Below, in pieces: positions 8,234 to 16,698 of a stretch of 27,693 nucleotides of DNA. The position numbers and the translations under genes were made by a program. The stretch covers positions 1-27,693 of the forward strand of contig JBJMMA010000103.1 in the NCBI GenBank assembly GCA_045805065.1, in the 5' to 3' direction. Numbering within the stretch: the stretch's first letter is position 1; each line of letters opens with the position of its first letter. This DNA is from Bdellovibrionia bacterium (GTDB taxonomy: Bacteria > Bdellovibrionota > UBA1018). The notes beneath the pieces are model-generated. The model worked only from the letters and a program-made list of their open reading frames with translations. It made no database searches and was not told where the DNA came from.

Positions 8234-8797
8234 TCATTGAGCGCGAGCCAGTTTCACGTGTTCCGCGCCGGGTCGAATGATTTCTTTCATCTCGTTCATG
8301 AGGCGAGCGCTCTGGTCAAATTCGGTCTTTAACACGGCTTGCTGGTAGCCTTGCAGCCAGGTACCAAACCGCAGGATAGGCTTGTTGCGGCTGGTTGATT
8401 CAGCGTTCACATCGCTGAAATACAGGGTCGCTGGAGCAGCCAAAGCGCCTAAGGAGGTGCCCTTGCAGCTCATATCGACTGAAGAAGCCAGAAGCGCGTT
8501 ACCCCGAGCTTCTCGAGCTTCTCGAGTTTTTTGATGACGAGTATAGCCCTCGACATTTTGAATGCTGCAGAGAGCCTCAACGCGCTTGCCATTCACGATC
8601 TTGGCGACAAGCTTAGGTTCGTTATAACGAGGCCTCGTGTTTTTAACGATAACGATCCTGAGGGTTTTGCCTGCGTTGGATTGGCCCTCATTCCATTGAA
8701 AAGACGCGCTGTAAAAAGTCTTCAAAGGTGCGCCCTCAGCCGTAGACATGAAAGAGATTGCAGTCAAAACCAGAGCTTTTTGCCAGTGCGACTTCAT
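8234..8797 (-). CDS. Hypothetical secreted protein
   Basis: SD AAGGAGG precedes ATG 8797. Signal peptide MKSHWQKALVLTAISFMSTAEGA; two Cys residues. Confidence 0.75.
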   Translation of the reverse strand: MKSHWQKALVLTAISFMSTAEGAPLKTFYSASFQWNEGQSNAGKTLRIVIVKNTRPRYNEPKLVAKIVNGKRVEALCSIQNVEGYTRHQKTREAREARGNALLASSVDMSCKGTSLGALAAPATLYFSDVNAESTSRNKPILRFGTWLQGYQQAVLKTEFDQSARLMNEMKEIIRPGAEHVKLARAQ

Positions 8798-8887
8798 GAT
8801 CAGACCCTCCTTGGCAGGCGCAGCGGCAGGACCGCCTCGCCGTGTGTTTTTATCCGCGCCATCATGTGCGCGTCGGGGACAGGTTGT

Positions 8888-8904
8888 TTCAATTGCCGTG
8901 CCGC
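8888..8904 (-). promoter_or_regulatory. Putative sigma54 promoter (GGCAC...TTGA variant)
   Basis: The minus strand reads GCGGCACGGCAATTGAA, with a strong -24 box and GG-N10-GA, about 90 nt upstream of ATG 8797. Confidence 0.5.
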
Positions 8905-9342
8905 CTTGCGTCACCAAAACCATTAGGGTTTTAGCGACTTTATTTAATAAATCGGATGAATGGTCCCCGCGAAGGTGCGCTTTGACGCTGGGAGCAGGAA
9001 GTATTTATAGGGGGTATTAGAAAAGTTAATGAGCTTCGATAAAGACGAATAATTGTTCTTAATCGTGAGTTTCTTGTAGTTCTAGAGATGTTCTTTCAAG
9101 AGAAATCCGCGTGGCCGAGTGCCGCCCCCCCAAATTTACATTTCGGCATTTGATTTTTAGTTTTATCTCAGACCCCCGCCGCGCCGATTTCTTTTGAAGG
9201 ACAATTCTTACTTGAGTCGCTGAAGCGGGGCACGCCTGCTACGCGGACAAAGATTTACCCTTAAAAGCTTTAAAGATTTACCAAGACGATACCTAAAAGA
9301 TCGGCCGTCGAACGGATTCGTGCGGCAGGAAGGACTTTTGTC

Positions 9343-9852
9343 ATGTCTCAAACTTTGAAGAGCGCACGTTTTATCGCGCGCGCTGCACTTGCAGCGGCAT
9401 TTGTGTTTATTGGCTCCAATTCAGCTCACGCTGTCGTTTCTGAGGACTGGGATCGCCCCGTCGTTCAATCTCGCATGGATATCGTGGAAGCTCAGGGTGG
9501 CATGATCAACGCGCGTCAGGCCGATCTGATCATGACCCGAAAGGCAGGCTCGCCAGCGGTGACCGGTCTTACTTTGCGCGTGGATCGCCAGATCATGAAC
9601 TTTCAGATCTCGAAGATCCGTCGTGAAGTGTGTGGAGCACAACTTCTGATCGGCATGTTCTTAGGTGGCGCACCGGGACACTCCTACCGCCTGGTTGTCG
9701 TCGATCACACCCGTGAGACCTGCAAGCCAGAAGGTCGGGGAGATCTTCACGCATTTCCAGTGCAGTCTTCTTTGGAAGTGCTCCTGATGGACGGCAATCA
9801 ACCCGTTCTTCGTATGAACGGTGAGCCAGAAGCCGTCATTACGCCCCAATAA
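9343..9852 (+). CDS. Hypothetical secreted protein
   Basis: SD-like GGAAGGA, signal peptide ending in AHA, beta-rich mature part with two Cys. Confidence 0.8.
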   Translation: MSQTLKSARFIARAALAAAFVFIGSNSAHAVVSEDWDRPVVQSRMDIVEAQGGMINARQADLIMTRKAGSPAVTGLTLRVDRQIMNFQISKIRREVCGAQLLIGMFLGGAPGHSYRLVVVDHTRETCKPEGRGDLHAFPVQSSLEVLLMDGNQPVLRMNGEPEAVITPQ

Positions 9853-9907
9853 GAACTTCAACGCCAGACTTGTATTGGGCCTCGGCCCTGTGCGAAAACC
9901 GCTCTCT

Positions 9908-11548
9908 ATGGACAACCCTACGCAGAGCGCGCCTAACCAGAACGCAGTTGAGCTACTCGAAGAAATCCAGCGGCTGATGGAGATGAAAGGGGAGAACCCT
10001 TTTAAGATCCGGGCTTTTGAAAAAGCCGCAGGAGTTTTAGCAGGACGCGATGACCTCAAAGAGCGTGCGAAAGCAGGAACCCTGACCGAGCTGCCTGGAG
10101 TGGGTAAGGGGATCTCGGAAGTTCTGACTGAGTTTTTACTCCAAGGCAAATCCACGGTACGCGATGAGCTCCAAGCTTCCCTCCCTCCTGGGTTGCTGGA
10201 GCTCACCGCGATACCAGGATTAGGTCCTAAGAAGGCCATGCAGCTCATCGAAGAGCTCGGCATTTCTTCTGCGGGCGAGCTTGAGTACGCTTGCCGAGAA
10301 AATCGCCTGCTCAAGCTCAAAGGCTTTGGCGAGAAGATCCAGCAGAAGATCCTGGATGGGATCAGCTTCATGAAAACAACGCAGGGCCAGCAGCGCCTGG
10401 ACGAGGCGTTTCGTTGCGCTGAGATGCTTCTTCCGATGCTGACTGAGGCAGCCCAAGGCCTGCGTGTGAGCGAGACAGGTGAGCTTCGCCGCAGACTTGA
10501 AACGGTCTCCAAGCTTCAGTTTCTGATCGAAGGAAAAGAGCATCAGGGCCGAATCAACGATGCTCTAGAGAAATTTCGAGCCACCAGCAGATGCAAGATC
10601 GAAGTCGAAGTGTTGAGAGCTCCAAAAGAGCGTTTTGGATATGAGCTTGCGCGCACAACCGCAACGGAGGCTCACTGGAAGGCTTTAGGAAATCCAGAAG
10701 CCTTCGACGCTCCAACTGAAGAAGCATTTTACGAAAAGCTTGGCATCGCCTTCATCGCGCCTGAGATGAGAGAAAGCGGCGAGGAAGTGAAGCTTGCCAA
10801 ATCTGGAAAGCTTCAGGCAGTTCTGTCTTGGAACGGCGTTCGTGGTGTTTTTCATAACCACACGACTCGCTCGGATGGCGGGGCAACGCTTGAAGAAATG
10901 GTGCTGGCAGCCCGCGCTCTTGGAATGTCCTACATCGGGATTTCCGATCACAGCCAATCGGCGTTCTATGCTCAGGGTCTCAAGGTTCCAGATCTCATGG
11001 CGCAGGAGAAAGAGATCAGAAAAGTTCAGGACAAGTATCCTGACATCCGAGTTTTCTGGGGAATTGAGAGCGATATTCTGGCCGATGGATCACTCGATTA
11101 TGAGCCCGAGGTGCTGAAGAAGTTTGATTTCGTCGTCGCCTCCATTCACTCGCGCTTCAAGATGGATCGCGAGACCATGACCTTGCGGATGCTCGAAGCG
11201 ATTCGAAATCCTTGCACACGCTTTCTAGGGCATGTCACGGGCCGCCTTCTTCTGGGGCGCCCAGGATACGACATCGATATGGAGCGCGTGATTGCGGAAG
11301 CCGCAAAGCATGACGTGGCGATTGAGATCAACTCGCATCCCGCTCGACTGGATATCGACTGGCGCTGGGGACCGGAGCTCCGGAAATGCGGAACCCGCGT
11401 TTCGATTAATCCCGATGCGCACGAGACGGTAGGGCTTCAAGATACTCGCTACGGAATTGCCATGGCGAGAAAGGCCTTGCTGCCGACTTCTCAAGTCGTC
11501 AATGCAGGCTCTGTGAACGAGGTAGAGAAGTGGCTAAAAAGGTTGTAA
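9908..11548 (+). CDS. polX: PolX-family protein (8-kDa/HhH domains, altered polymerase core, PHP nuclease domain)
   Basis: GENPFKIRAFEKAA, LPGVGKGI, IPGLGPKK and LKGFGEK HhH motifs; PHP motifs HNHT, SDHS, GIE, SIHS, GHVTGR and NPDAH. Start placed at ATG 9908 (MDNPTQ). Confidence 0.93.
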   Translation: MDNPTQSAPNQNAVELLEEIQRLMEMKGENPFKIRAFEKAAGVLAGRDDLKERAKAGTLTELPGVGKGISEVLTEFLLQGKSTVRDELQASLPPGLLELTAIPGLGPKKAMQLIEELGISSAGELEYACRENRLLKLKGFGEKIQQKILDGISFMKTTQGQQRLDEAFRCAEMLLPMLTEAAQGLRVSETGELRRRLETVSKLQFLIEGKEHQGRINDALEKFRATSRCKIEVEVLRAPKERFGYELARTTATEAHWKALGNPEAFDAPTEEAFYEKLGIAFIAPEMRESGEEVKLAKSGKLQAVLSWNGVRGVFHNHTTRSDGGATLEEMVLAARALGMSYIGISDHSQSAFYAQGLKVPDLMAQEKEIRKVQDKYPDIRVFWGIESDILADGSLDYEPEVLKKFDFVVASIHSRFKMDRETMTLRMLEAIRNPCTRFLGHVTGRLLLGRPGYDIDMERVIAEAAKHDVAIEINSHPARLDIDWRWGPELRKCGTRVSINPDAHETVGLQDTRYGIAMARKALLPTSQVVNAGSVNEVEKWLKRL

Positions 11549-12258
11549 CTAAAAAAGCAGCAGTCAAAAAACCTGCCGCCAAGAAATCCGTGAGCGCCGA
11601 CTCGCTTGTCAAGCTGAGTAAGGATCCCGCGGCTGAGAAGCGCAGGATGCTCGCGATTTTAGAGATCCTCCGGCGCGAGTACCCTGAAGCCAAATGCAGC
11701 CTGGATTTTAATTCGCCCTTTCAGCTTTTGGTTGCAACCATGCTCTCAGCTCAAACCACTGATGAAAGAGTCAACAAAGTCACTCCCGCTCTTTTTGCAA
11801 AATTTCCGACGCCCGGAGAGATGGCAGCAGCTCCTCTGAAGGAAATCGAAAAGCTCATTCAGTCGACCAATTTCTATCGAAACAAAGCCATTGCGCTCAA
11901 GACCATGTCCAACTCCCTTCTTGAGGAGCATGGCGGAGCAGTGCCTCGAACACTGGATGAGCTGGTGAAGCTTCGGGGCGTGGGTCGAAAAACCGCAAAC
12001 GTCGTTTTGGGAAATGTTTTTGATGTTCCCGGAATGGTCGTTGATACGCACGTGGGACGCATCGCACGCCGACTTGGGTTTACGAAAAACGACGACCCTG
12101 TGAAAGTTGAATCTGATCTCGAGAAGGTCACGCCGCGTGAGGACTGGACAGAGCTTGCGCATCTCTTTATCGCTCATGGTCGCGCCATCTGTACGGCGCG
12201 GCGAGCGAAATGCGAAGAATGCCCTGTGGCGCGTTTTTGCCCGAAAATCGGAGTCTGA
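11530..12258 (+). CDS. nth: Endonuclease III (DNA glycosylase/AP lyase)
   Basis: LSAQTTD, HhH LRGVGRKTANVVL, VVDTHV and the 4Fe-4S motif C-X6-C-X2-C-X5-C; Lys/Ala-rich N-terminal extension from GTG 11530. Confidence 0.97.
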   Translation: MAKKVVTKKAAVKKPAAKKSVSADSLVKLSKDPAAEKRRMLAILEILRREYPEAKCSLDFNSPFQLLVATMLSAQTTDERVNKVTPALFAKFPTPGEMAAAPLKEIEKLIQSTNFYRNKAIALKTMSNSLLEEHGGAVPRTLDELVKLRGVGRKTANVVLGNVFDVPGMVVDTHVGRIARRLGFTKNDDPVKVESDLEKVTPREDWTELAHLFIAHGRAICTARRAKCEECPVARFCPKIGV

Positions 12259-12265
12259 AAAAACT

Positions 12266-12282
12266 CTGGCTTATGCTTTGCA
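12266..12282 (+). promoter_or_regulatory. Putative sigma54 promoter
   Basis: CTGGCTTATGCTTTGCA, GG-N10-GC with TTGCA; 13 nt separate the GC from GTG 12295. Confidence 0.6.
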
Positions 12283-12294
12283 CCGTATCAACCG

Positions 12295-12786
12295 GTGACA
12301 GAGAAAAATCAGATGAATAGAAGCAGTCGTTCAGAAGTCAGGCCCGTCGATTGGATTCGTGACAGCGAGAAGTCCATTTCGAATCGCTTGTCCAAACATC
12401 CGAACAAAGGTCAATTCAGATTAGGATATATTTCCGAAAGGCTGGCGGCATTGCTTCTGGAGCGATTGCCATCGGACCTGGCCAATCAAATGATGACGAT
12501 GCTGCCGGAAGATAAGCAAGCGGCACTCAAATCCTTGCATCAAAGCGCGGGATCAGAAAGTGATCAGAGCATTGGTTATCCCACTTTCATCGAGCGCGCG
12601 GCTCAAGCGATCGGCCTGCAGGAAAACGATGATACCATTCGAGAAATTACGGACGCCTTTCTCTGGGGTGTTGTGGAAGAAGTTCCAGGCGACTTTAAAG
12701 TTCGTCTCACTGAGGTGCTGCCTGCTGAGCTGAAGTCGCGAATGGATCTCTACTCCGAGCGCGAGAACGAGAGCAAAGTGGCTTAG
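12295..12786 (+). CDS. DUF2267-like helical protein
   Basis: Duplicated helical pattern LLERLPSDLANQMMTMLPE...FIERAA...RLTEVLPAELK resembles DUF2267. Confidence 0.6.
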   Translation: MTEKNQMNRSSRSEVRPVDWIRDSEKSISNRLSKHPNKGQFRLGYISERLAALLLERLPSDLANQMMTMLPEDKQAALKSLHQSAGSESDQSIGYPTFIERAAQAIGLQENDDTIREITDAFLWGVVEEVPGDFKVRLTEVLPAELKSRMDLYSERENESKVA

Positions 12787-12815
12787 ACAGCCCGCTAGGG
12801 CTGCAGCTCTTAGAC

Positions 12816-12832
12816 ACGGTACCGGGTTTGCA
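12816..12832 (+). promoter_or_regulatory. Putative sigma54 promoter
   Basis: ACGGTACCGGGTTTGCA, GG-N10-GC with TTGCA; 14 nt separate the GC from ATG 12846. Confidence 0.55.
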
Positions 12833-12845
12833 GCCCGATTGTGTC

Positions 12846-13517
12846 ATGCCTAAAAAAGTCAGTTCAATTTACCTTCTCGAACAACCAATCAGCTGGAATC
12901 GCGCCTTTTTATGTGGGGTGCTTGGGTCCGCCATTCTGATGGCTTGGCTCGACATCTTTTACATGATGGGGTTCACGACTTTTAATCTGGAGATCTTCGT
13001 TGGAACGATCCTCAGAAACAGCACAGAATTCATGCCGCGAGCCTGGCTCGTGGGTGCGATCGCCAACCTGATTTTTGGCGGTATTTTTGGGATCTTTTAC
13101 GCGTATTTGTTTGAATACATCTATCACCGTTCAGGTACGGCGGTTGGGTTCAAGATAGGTATCTTCCACGCGGTTTTCGCAGGCGTTGCCATGCTGCCTT
13201 TTTTTCAGACGGTGCATGAACAGATGAACCTTCAGCTTTATCCGCAAGGCCTGGGCTTTTTAGGCTCGCACATCAGTGCGGTGACGCCGCTTCTGATTGT
13301 GATCGGCCATCTTCTTTTCGGAAGCGAGATGGGCTTGTTCTACGGCCCCGTGCGCGTCGATCGCATCCGCACCCATAACTTTGAACCAGGTGAAGTAGGC
13401 TACGCTGGTGACCCAGACGTCATCACGGCTGAGGAAGATCCTAGCGACGCAACTCCATCCGTCCCTTATCACGCCCCAGGAAGCGCCTTTCCTAGGCGGC
13501 GCTCCCGATCTGCGTGA
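12846..13517 (+). CDS. Hypothetical integral membrane protein (about 4 TM helices)
   Basis: Four Gly-rich hydrophobic segments (e.g. [27 protein letters not shown]) and a polar tail; its 3' end overlaps the lon 3' end by 26 nt. Confidence 0.8.
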   Translation: MPKKVSSIYLLEQPISWNRAFLCGVLGSAILMAWLDIFYMMGFTTFNLEIFVGTILRNSTEFMPRAWLVGAIANLIFGGIFGIFYAYLFEYIYHRSGTAVGFKIGIFHAVFAGVAMLPFFQTVHEQMNLQLYPQGLGFLGSHISAVTPLLIVIGHLLFGSEMGLFYGPVRVDRIRTHNFEPGEVGYAGDPDVITAEEDPSDATPSVPYHAPGSAFPRRRSRSA

Positions 13518-15888
13518 TCGGTGGGGCTTGAATGTTGAGAGCGTGGCTGAGAACCTCATCCACGCTCTTGACCGGAATAAAGGTAATCTCGTTCCGCACG
13601 TTCTCAGGGATCTCGGTGAGGTCGGCCTGATTGCGCTGCGGAATGATGATTGTCTGAATGTGAGCCCGGTGCGCGGCCAGCACTTTCTCTTTGATCCCAC
13701 CTACTGGAAGTACATTGCCTCGAAGCGTGATCTCGCCCGTCATGGCAAGACTTGGAGTAATCGGCTTGTTTAAAAGAAGTGAGGCAATCGCTGTCACCAT
13801 GGTCACGCCGGCCGAAGGTCCATCTTTTGGAATCGCGCCCGCGGGCACGTGAAGGTGAAGGTCGTGGCCTCCGAAATCAAACTTCTTGCCGAGGTAAGTT
13901 GCGCTCTCACCGCGCGCCAGAGAGAGCGCGATCTGAGCTGATTCCTTCATGACATCTCCGAGCTGCCCGGTCAGCGTGAGCGCTCCTTTGCCCTCGGGAA
14001 GGAAGCTCGCTTCGATGAACAAGATGTCACCCCCATGCGGCGTCCAGGCGAGTCCCGTTGCTACTCCTGGCTTGTTCGTTTGGGAGGCGTCTTCAGGATA
14101 AAAGCGCTCAGGTCCCAGGATCGCCATCAACTTATCAGGAGAAAGATCGATCGGAGAAATCTCAGGTGTCTCTACCTCCGCCTTCACATCCTTTAGGCCC
14201 TGAAACTCCTTTTCGACGATTCGTTCAGCGGCGTAGCGCATGATAGCCGCGATTTTTCTTTGAAGCTCGCGTACACCCGCCTCGCGCGTGTAGCTATGGA
14301 TGATCTTCTCAAGAGTTGCCGCGGGGATATTGATCCACTCCGGCTTGAGGCCATGCTCCTGGATCTGCTTTGGAACCAGAAATTGTTGAGCGATGTGCAT
14401 TTTTTCAAACGACGTGTAGCCCGTCATCTCGATGATTTCCATGCGATCGCGAAGCGGGGCAGGGATCGTCTCAATGACGTTCGCCGTTGCCACAAAGAAG
14501 ACATCTGAAAGGTCAAACGGGACATCGAGGTAGTGATCGACGAAAGTCGAGTTCTGCTCAGGATCCAGGACTTCCAACATGGCGGCTGATGGATCACCAT
14601 GAAAGTCCGAGTGAAGCTTGTCGATCTCATCGAGCATCATGACAGGGTTTTTCGTTCCCACGCGTTTCATGCTCTGGATGATCCGACCGGGCATTGCGCC
14701 GACATAGGTTCTTCTGTGGCCGCGGATCTCTGCCTCGTCTCGGACACCGCCCAGGCTTGCGCGAATGAACTTACGTCCCAGCGCTCGCGCGATGGAGTGT
14801 CCCAGCGAGGTTTTGCCAACGCCGGGCGGGCCCACCAGGCAGAGGATCGGGCCATGAAGATTGTTTTTCAGTTTGGCGACGGCCAGAAACTGGAGAATTC
14901 TTTTTTTGACAGTCTCAAGCCCGTAGTGGTCTTCGTCCAGGATCTTTCGAGCGCGGGCAAGATCAATCAAGCTTTCAGATTTTTGTGACCAAGGAAGCGC
15001 GATCAACCACTCCAGATAGGTTCGGATGACATGATATTCTGCCGAGTTGGAGGGCAGGCTCTTGAGTCGTCTGAGTTCTTCTTGCGCCTGTTTTGAGGCC
15101 TCTTCGGGGAGCGTCAGGGCAGAGATCTTCTGCTCGATATCGTCTGTGTTTTCCTCGGTTCCTTCTTCGCCAAGTTCTGTGCGAATCGTGCGGAGCTGCT
15201 CGCGCAAGAGCGCCTCACGCTGGGCCTTGTTGATTCGCTCGGACATCTTGTCGCGAATCTCTTTTTGGAGGTTGAGCACCTCGCGCTCCTTACGCATATG
15301 TTTGAGAAGGCGCTCCAGCCGGTCTTCCACCAAGTCGAGCTCCAGGAGCTCTTGTTTCTGGCTGATGGACAAGTTGAGGTAGGCGGCGCAGACGTTTCCC
15401 AAATAAGCTGCATCATCCACGCGATCAATCAGCTGAACCAATGGCTCGGTTGCGCCCGGCAAAAGCTCCAGGACCTCACGTGCCATTTCTTTCATGTTGT
15501 AGAACAATGCCTCGTTGCGGATTGCATCCGAGCTGTGCAACTCAGCAATGGATTCACCGCGTGCCGAAAGGTAGTCAGGGCCTGCGATGTACTCCGCAAT
15601 CCTGAAACGGCTGATCCCTGTCACTACGACCTGCCGGCTTCCCATGTCCGTTGGCGTGATGCTTTCGATTTTGCACAACGTTCCTAACGTATAAACGTCG
15701 GTAGGGGTCGGATCGCCCGAGGTAATGACCTTCTGGGCGACGACAATCAGCAGATTATCCCGCTCGGACGCCCGGTCGATCGCCTGAATGCTGCGACCTC
15801 GGCCTACGACCAGGGGCATCGAAATGGACGGGAAGAGGACGGCATTTCGGATAGGAAGTACGGGCAAAGTTGAGGGAAATTGTTCCAT
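13492..15888 (-). CDS. lon: ATP-dependent protease La (Lon)
   Basis: LON N-domain ([13 protein letters not shown]), Walker [10 protein letters not shown], Walker B MMLDEIDK, catalytic Ser PKDGPSAG and Lys [10 protein letters not shown]. Confidence 0.99.
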   Translation of the reverse strand: MEQFPSTLPVLPIRNAVLFPSISMPLVVGRGRSIQAIDRASERDNLLIVVAQKVITSGDPTPTDVYTLGTLCKIESITPTDMGSRQVVVTGISRFRIAEYIAGPDYLSARGESIAELHSSDAIRNEALFYNMKEMAREVLELLPGATEPLVQLIDRVDDAAYLGNVCAAYLNLSISQKQELLELDLVEDRLERLLKHMRKEREVLNLQKEIRDKMSERINKAQREALLREQLRTIRTELGEEGTEENTDDIEQKISALTLPEEASKQAQEELRRLKSLPSNSAEYHVIRTYLEWLIALPWSQKSESLIDLARARKILDEDHYGLETVKKRILQFLAVAKLKNNLHGPILCLVGPPGVGKTSLGHSIARALGRKFIRASLGGVRDEAEIRGHRRTYVGAMPGRIIQSMKRVGTKNPVMMLDEIDKLHSDFHGDPSAAMLEVLDPEQNSTFVDHYLDVPFDLSDVFFVATANVIETIPAPLRDRMEIIEMTGYTSFEKMHIAQQFLVPKQIQEHGLKPEWINIPAATLEKIIHSYTREAGVRELQRKIAAIMRYAAERIVEKEFQGLKDVKAEVETPEISPIDLSPDKLMAILGPERFYPEDASQTNKPGVATGLAWTPHGGDILFIEASFLPEGKGALTLTGQLGDVMKESAQIALSLARGESATYLGKKFDFGGHDLHLHVPAGAIPKDGPSAGVTMVTAIASLLLNKPITPSLAMTGEITLRGNVLPVGGIKEKVLAAHRAHIQTIIIPQRNQADLTEIPENVRNEITFIPVKSVDEVLSHALNIQAPPITQIGSAA

Positions 15889-15899
15889 GCCTCAGAAAG

Positions 15900-15916
15900 A
15901 GCAAATGCCGGACCGC
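15900..15916 (-). promoter_or_regulatory. Putative sigma54 promoter of lon
   Basis: The minus strand reads GCGGTCCGGCATTTGCT, GG-N10-GC with TTGCT; 12 nt separate the GC from the lon ATG. Confidence 0.55.
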
Positions 15917-16052
15917 AGCGAAGCCCAATACACTCCCGACGCACTCAAATCTAGGGGTGACGTGCTTCAAATCCGACGTGGGTCTTCCGATTTGGAAAAC
16001 TTCGTGCTATCAGTCTGACACGTCGAATAAATACAGGAGTCAGCAAATCAAT

Positions 16053-16304
16053 ATGACACCCGCTCAATTAAAAGCTCGGATTGAAACTCTCGCACCGGGA
16101 ACCCAGTGTGAGGTTATGGACCTGACTGGTACTATGGACCATTACCGGGCTATTGTGATTTCGCCTGCCTTTGAAGGCAAGATGATGATCGAGCAGCATC
16201 GCATGGTTTTCAAGACCGTCCAGGCTGAAGTCGATTCCGGCGAAGTCCATGCCTTGACCCTGAAAACTTTTACACCTGAACAATACGAAAAATTTGGAGG
16301 TTAA
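16053..16304 (+). CDS. bolA: BolA/IbaG-family protein
   Basis: 83 aa from ATG 16053 after an AGGAG SD: DLTGTMDHYRAIVISPAFEGK...QHRMV...VHALTLKT. Adjacent to grxD. Confidence 0.93.
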   Translation: MTPAQLKARIETLAPGTQCEVMDLTGTMDHYRAIVISPAFEGKMMIEQHRMVFKTVQAEVDSGEVHALTLKTFTPEQYEKFGG

Positions 16305-16309
16305 TTCAA

Positions 16310-16624
16310 ATGGCTCACCCACTTCGCACTAAAGTAGAAGAAAAAGTAAAATCCGCTCCTGTCGTGATCTTCATGAAGGGCACCCCTGATTTCCCAGCCT
16401 GCGGATTCTCAAATCGCGCTGTCCAAGTGCTTCGCGCTGCTGGCGTTGAAAACCTCGCTTCTGTGGACGTCCTTGCTGACGACCCACTTTGGGACGCCTT
16501 GGAAGACTTCACCCAATGGCCAACGGTTCCGCAAATCTTCATCAACGGCCAATTCGTTGGTGGCTGCGACATCATCTCTGAGATGTACGAGCGCGGCGAG
16601 CTTCAGCAAGCTCTCAAGAAGTAA
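16310..16624 (+). CDS. grxD: Monothiol glutaredoxin (Grx4 family)
   Basis: FMKGTP, CGFS active site, WPTVPQIFING and GGCDI motifs; SD GGAGG. Confidence 0.97.
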   Translation: MAHPLRTKVEEKVKSAPVVIFMKGTPDFPACGFSNRAVQVLRAAGVENLASVDVLADDPLWDALEDFTQWPTVPQIFINGQFVGGCDIISEMYERGELQQALKK

Positions 16625-16648
16625 CCGCTGATCTTTTATTAGAAAATT

Positions 16649-16686
16649 AAAAACCCCGCTCTGGCTTTAGCTGGAGCGGGGTTTTT
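16649..16686. terminator. Bidirectional intrinsic terminator
   Basis: AAAAACCCCGCTC...GAGCGGGGTTTTT 13-bp inverted repeat with T/A tracts on both sides, between convergent genes. Confidence 0.9.
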
Positions 16687-16698
16687 GTTTTAATTTTT

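Noticed and set aside
7156..8280. 374-aa plus-strand ORF
   Set aside because: Antisense shadow of gap, explained by strong codon bias; no independent motifs.
9661..10512. 283-aa minus-strand ORF
   Set aside because: Ser/Arg-rich antisense shadow of polX.
15992..16008. TTGGAAAACTTCGTGCT as a sigma54 promoter for bolA
   Set aside because: Spacing is correct but both boxes are weak, and it can equally be read as an extended -10 (TGcTATCAG).
15870..16052. N-terminal extension of BolA in the ORF track
   Set aside because: Overlaps the lon start and promoter; the BolA domain and SD fit ATG 16053.
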